From a virus (taxonomy: Duplodnaviria; Caudoviricetes), in IMG/VR virus record IMGVR_UViG_3300048592_000249, positions 1 to 26,469 of that record: a stretch of 26,469 nt of DNA; one strand, written 5' to 3'. The notes below the pieces were generated by a model. It was not told where the DNA came from and did no database searches. It saw only the letters and a list, made by a program, of their open reading frames with translations. Positions 25,746 through 26,469 of the stretch are shown one piece after another. Every line of letters starts with the position of its first letter. Positions within the stretch are counted from its first letter, which is position 1. The position numbers and the translations under genes are program-made.

Positions 25746-25985
25746 GTCAACCGGCACGACAAAATGGCGCGTCCAGTCGGTGTCTCGCGGGGCCGACTTC
25801 TTAACCAGCGCCACCAGTTCATCGAAATGCTTTTGCGCTTCGTTCACCTTGTTGCGTGCGTCGGTTTCACTGTTCCGAGCGCGTGCTGTCAATTCGCACA
25901 TCCGGCCAAGGTAATCCTGTGCCGAAGCCACAGCAGCCACAGCGTTTGCAAGTTGTGTGTTCAGGCTCTGCTTTTGTTCACTCAT
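25740..25985 (-). CDS. Cassette 3 ORF: coiled-coil hypothetical protein (81 aa)
   Basis: AAAGGA RBS; the TAA stop is the TTA inside the attC2 R' box. Confidence 0.8.
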   Translation of the reverse strand: MSEQKQSLNTQLANAVAAVASAQDYLGRMCELTARARNSETDARNKVNEAQKHFDELVALVKKSAPRDTDWTRHFVVPVDA

Positions 25986-26016
25986 ATTCGTGTCCTTTGT
26001 GTGTATTAAAAACTCG

Positions 26017-26070
26017 GTTTAACAGGGCAGTCGAGCGGGACGCTACGCGCCCCTCACTTCTGCGTTGGGC
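26017..26070 (+). repeat. attC site 3 (54 bp)
   Basis: R'' GTTTAAC, 5 nt, L'' AGTCGAGC, L' CCTCACT, 5 nt, R' GTTGGGC. Confidence 0.88.
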
Positions 26071-26071
26071 G

Positions 26072-26289
26072 TCACGATTGCGCGTGCTGATCGCACTGTC
26101 GGTATTCGTACCGCTCCAGGCTCATGGCGTCGTCTTGTGCGGCTCGTAGGTCAGTTGCAGCATGGCCTTTGTCAGCTCGCCGTATTCCTCGCCCAGTACA
26201 GCCAGGGCGTGCAGCGGGTCGGTAGGCCAGGTCGGGAACTTCACCGTGGCTCGGGCCACTTCAGCGGTAATTTGGTCAATAACGTTCAT
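26072..26289 (-). pseudogene. Cassette 4 second ORF: MazG-like (NTP pyrophosphohydrolase fold) gene, apparently frameshifted by an internal deletion
   Basis: AAGGAG RBS; ALAVLGEEYGELTKAML motif; stops at 26122 after 55 aa. Another frame continues AMSLERYEYRQCDQHAQS* to a stop 1 nt from the R' box. Confidence 0.6.
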
Positions 26290-26432
26290 CTTTTTTTGCT
26301 CCTTTGCTTTATGTGATCTAGGTCGTGGTCCTGAACCGTCGCAACTGGGTTGCACCTTTGATTGGCTGAGTGTTTTCCGCCGCAGTAGGGGCATTTCGTT
26401 TTTGTTTCAGGCTTGCGGTCAATGGTTGTCAT
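26286..26432 (-). CDS. Cassette 4 first ORF: 48-aa putative zinc-binding peptide (absent from the ORF track)
   Basis: Translated by hand: MTTIDRKPETKTKCPYCGGKHSANQRCNPVATVQDHDLDHIKQRSKKR*. Its TGA overlaps the next ATG (ATGA). Confidence 0.6.
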   Translation of the reverse strand: MTTIDRKPETKTKCPYCGGKHSANQRCNPVATVQDHDLDHIKQRSKKR

Positions 26433-26442
26433 CGCGGCTCGC

Positions 26443-26469
26443 GCCCAACTGGCGCATCAACCCGGACCG
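26443..26469 (+). repeat. attC site 4, left half (truncated by the window end)
   Basis: R'' GCCCAAC, 5 nt, L'' CATCAACC, then CGGAC. The R'' is complementary to GTTGGGC at 26064. Confidence 0.8.

Larger units (their letters stand above)
1..26469. mobile_element. Temperate lambda-like siphovirus genome segment (head-tail-lysis-attP-int-xis-integron), unintegrated configuration
   Basis: Canonical order of capsid, tail, tape measure, lysis and int/xis genes. Phage genes lie on both sides of a half-tRNA att core. No host housekeeping genes are present. Confidence 0.95.
23777..26469. mobile_element. Integron (intI + attI + at least 4 cassettes), continuing beyond the window
   Basis: IntI, an attI-like site, and three complete plus one truncated attC sites whose R boxes pair across each cassette. 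Confidence 0.92.

Noticed and set aside
25583-25822. 79-aa minus-strand ORF crossing attC2
   Set aside because: It starts inside the cassette 3 gene in another frame and spans a recombination site. Its stop overlapping the cassette 2 ATG may be chance.
23837-26316. Plus-strand ORFs over the integron (23837-25402, 25039-25521, 25347-26009, 25856-26149, 26065-26316) as canonical sense cassette genes
   Set aside because: They cross attC sites or mirror the minus-strand genes. The minus-strand ORFs fit the cassette boundaries, and most have a clear RBS.

Overview
GC-rich temperate siphovirus of lambda-like organisation, probably infecting a Betaproteobacterium (host is inferred). Left to right on the + strand: the end of a 25-aa-repeat protein and three small hypothetical genes, head genes (S49 protease with an embedded scaffold, decoration protein, gpE-like capsid), head-tail joining genes, tail tube, tape measure, tail-tip genes, a lysis cassette (two membrane proteins, GH24 endolysin, Rz with embedded Rz1) and a Cys-rich exported protein. 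A small minus-strand operon with its own promoter follows. Next is an intact attP (3' half of tRNA-His, arm repeats, IHF box) lying inside the 3' end of the phage integrase gene, which indicates the unintegrated genome form. The main finding is at the right end: a complete integron built into the phage's leftward int/xis operon. It has a full-length IntI whose stop codon overlaps the xis start, an attI-like site, and at least four attC-bounded cassettes. Every cassette ORF is antisense to its attC site and looks like a phage accessory gene. All product calls come from motif recognition and gene order; no database searches were run.
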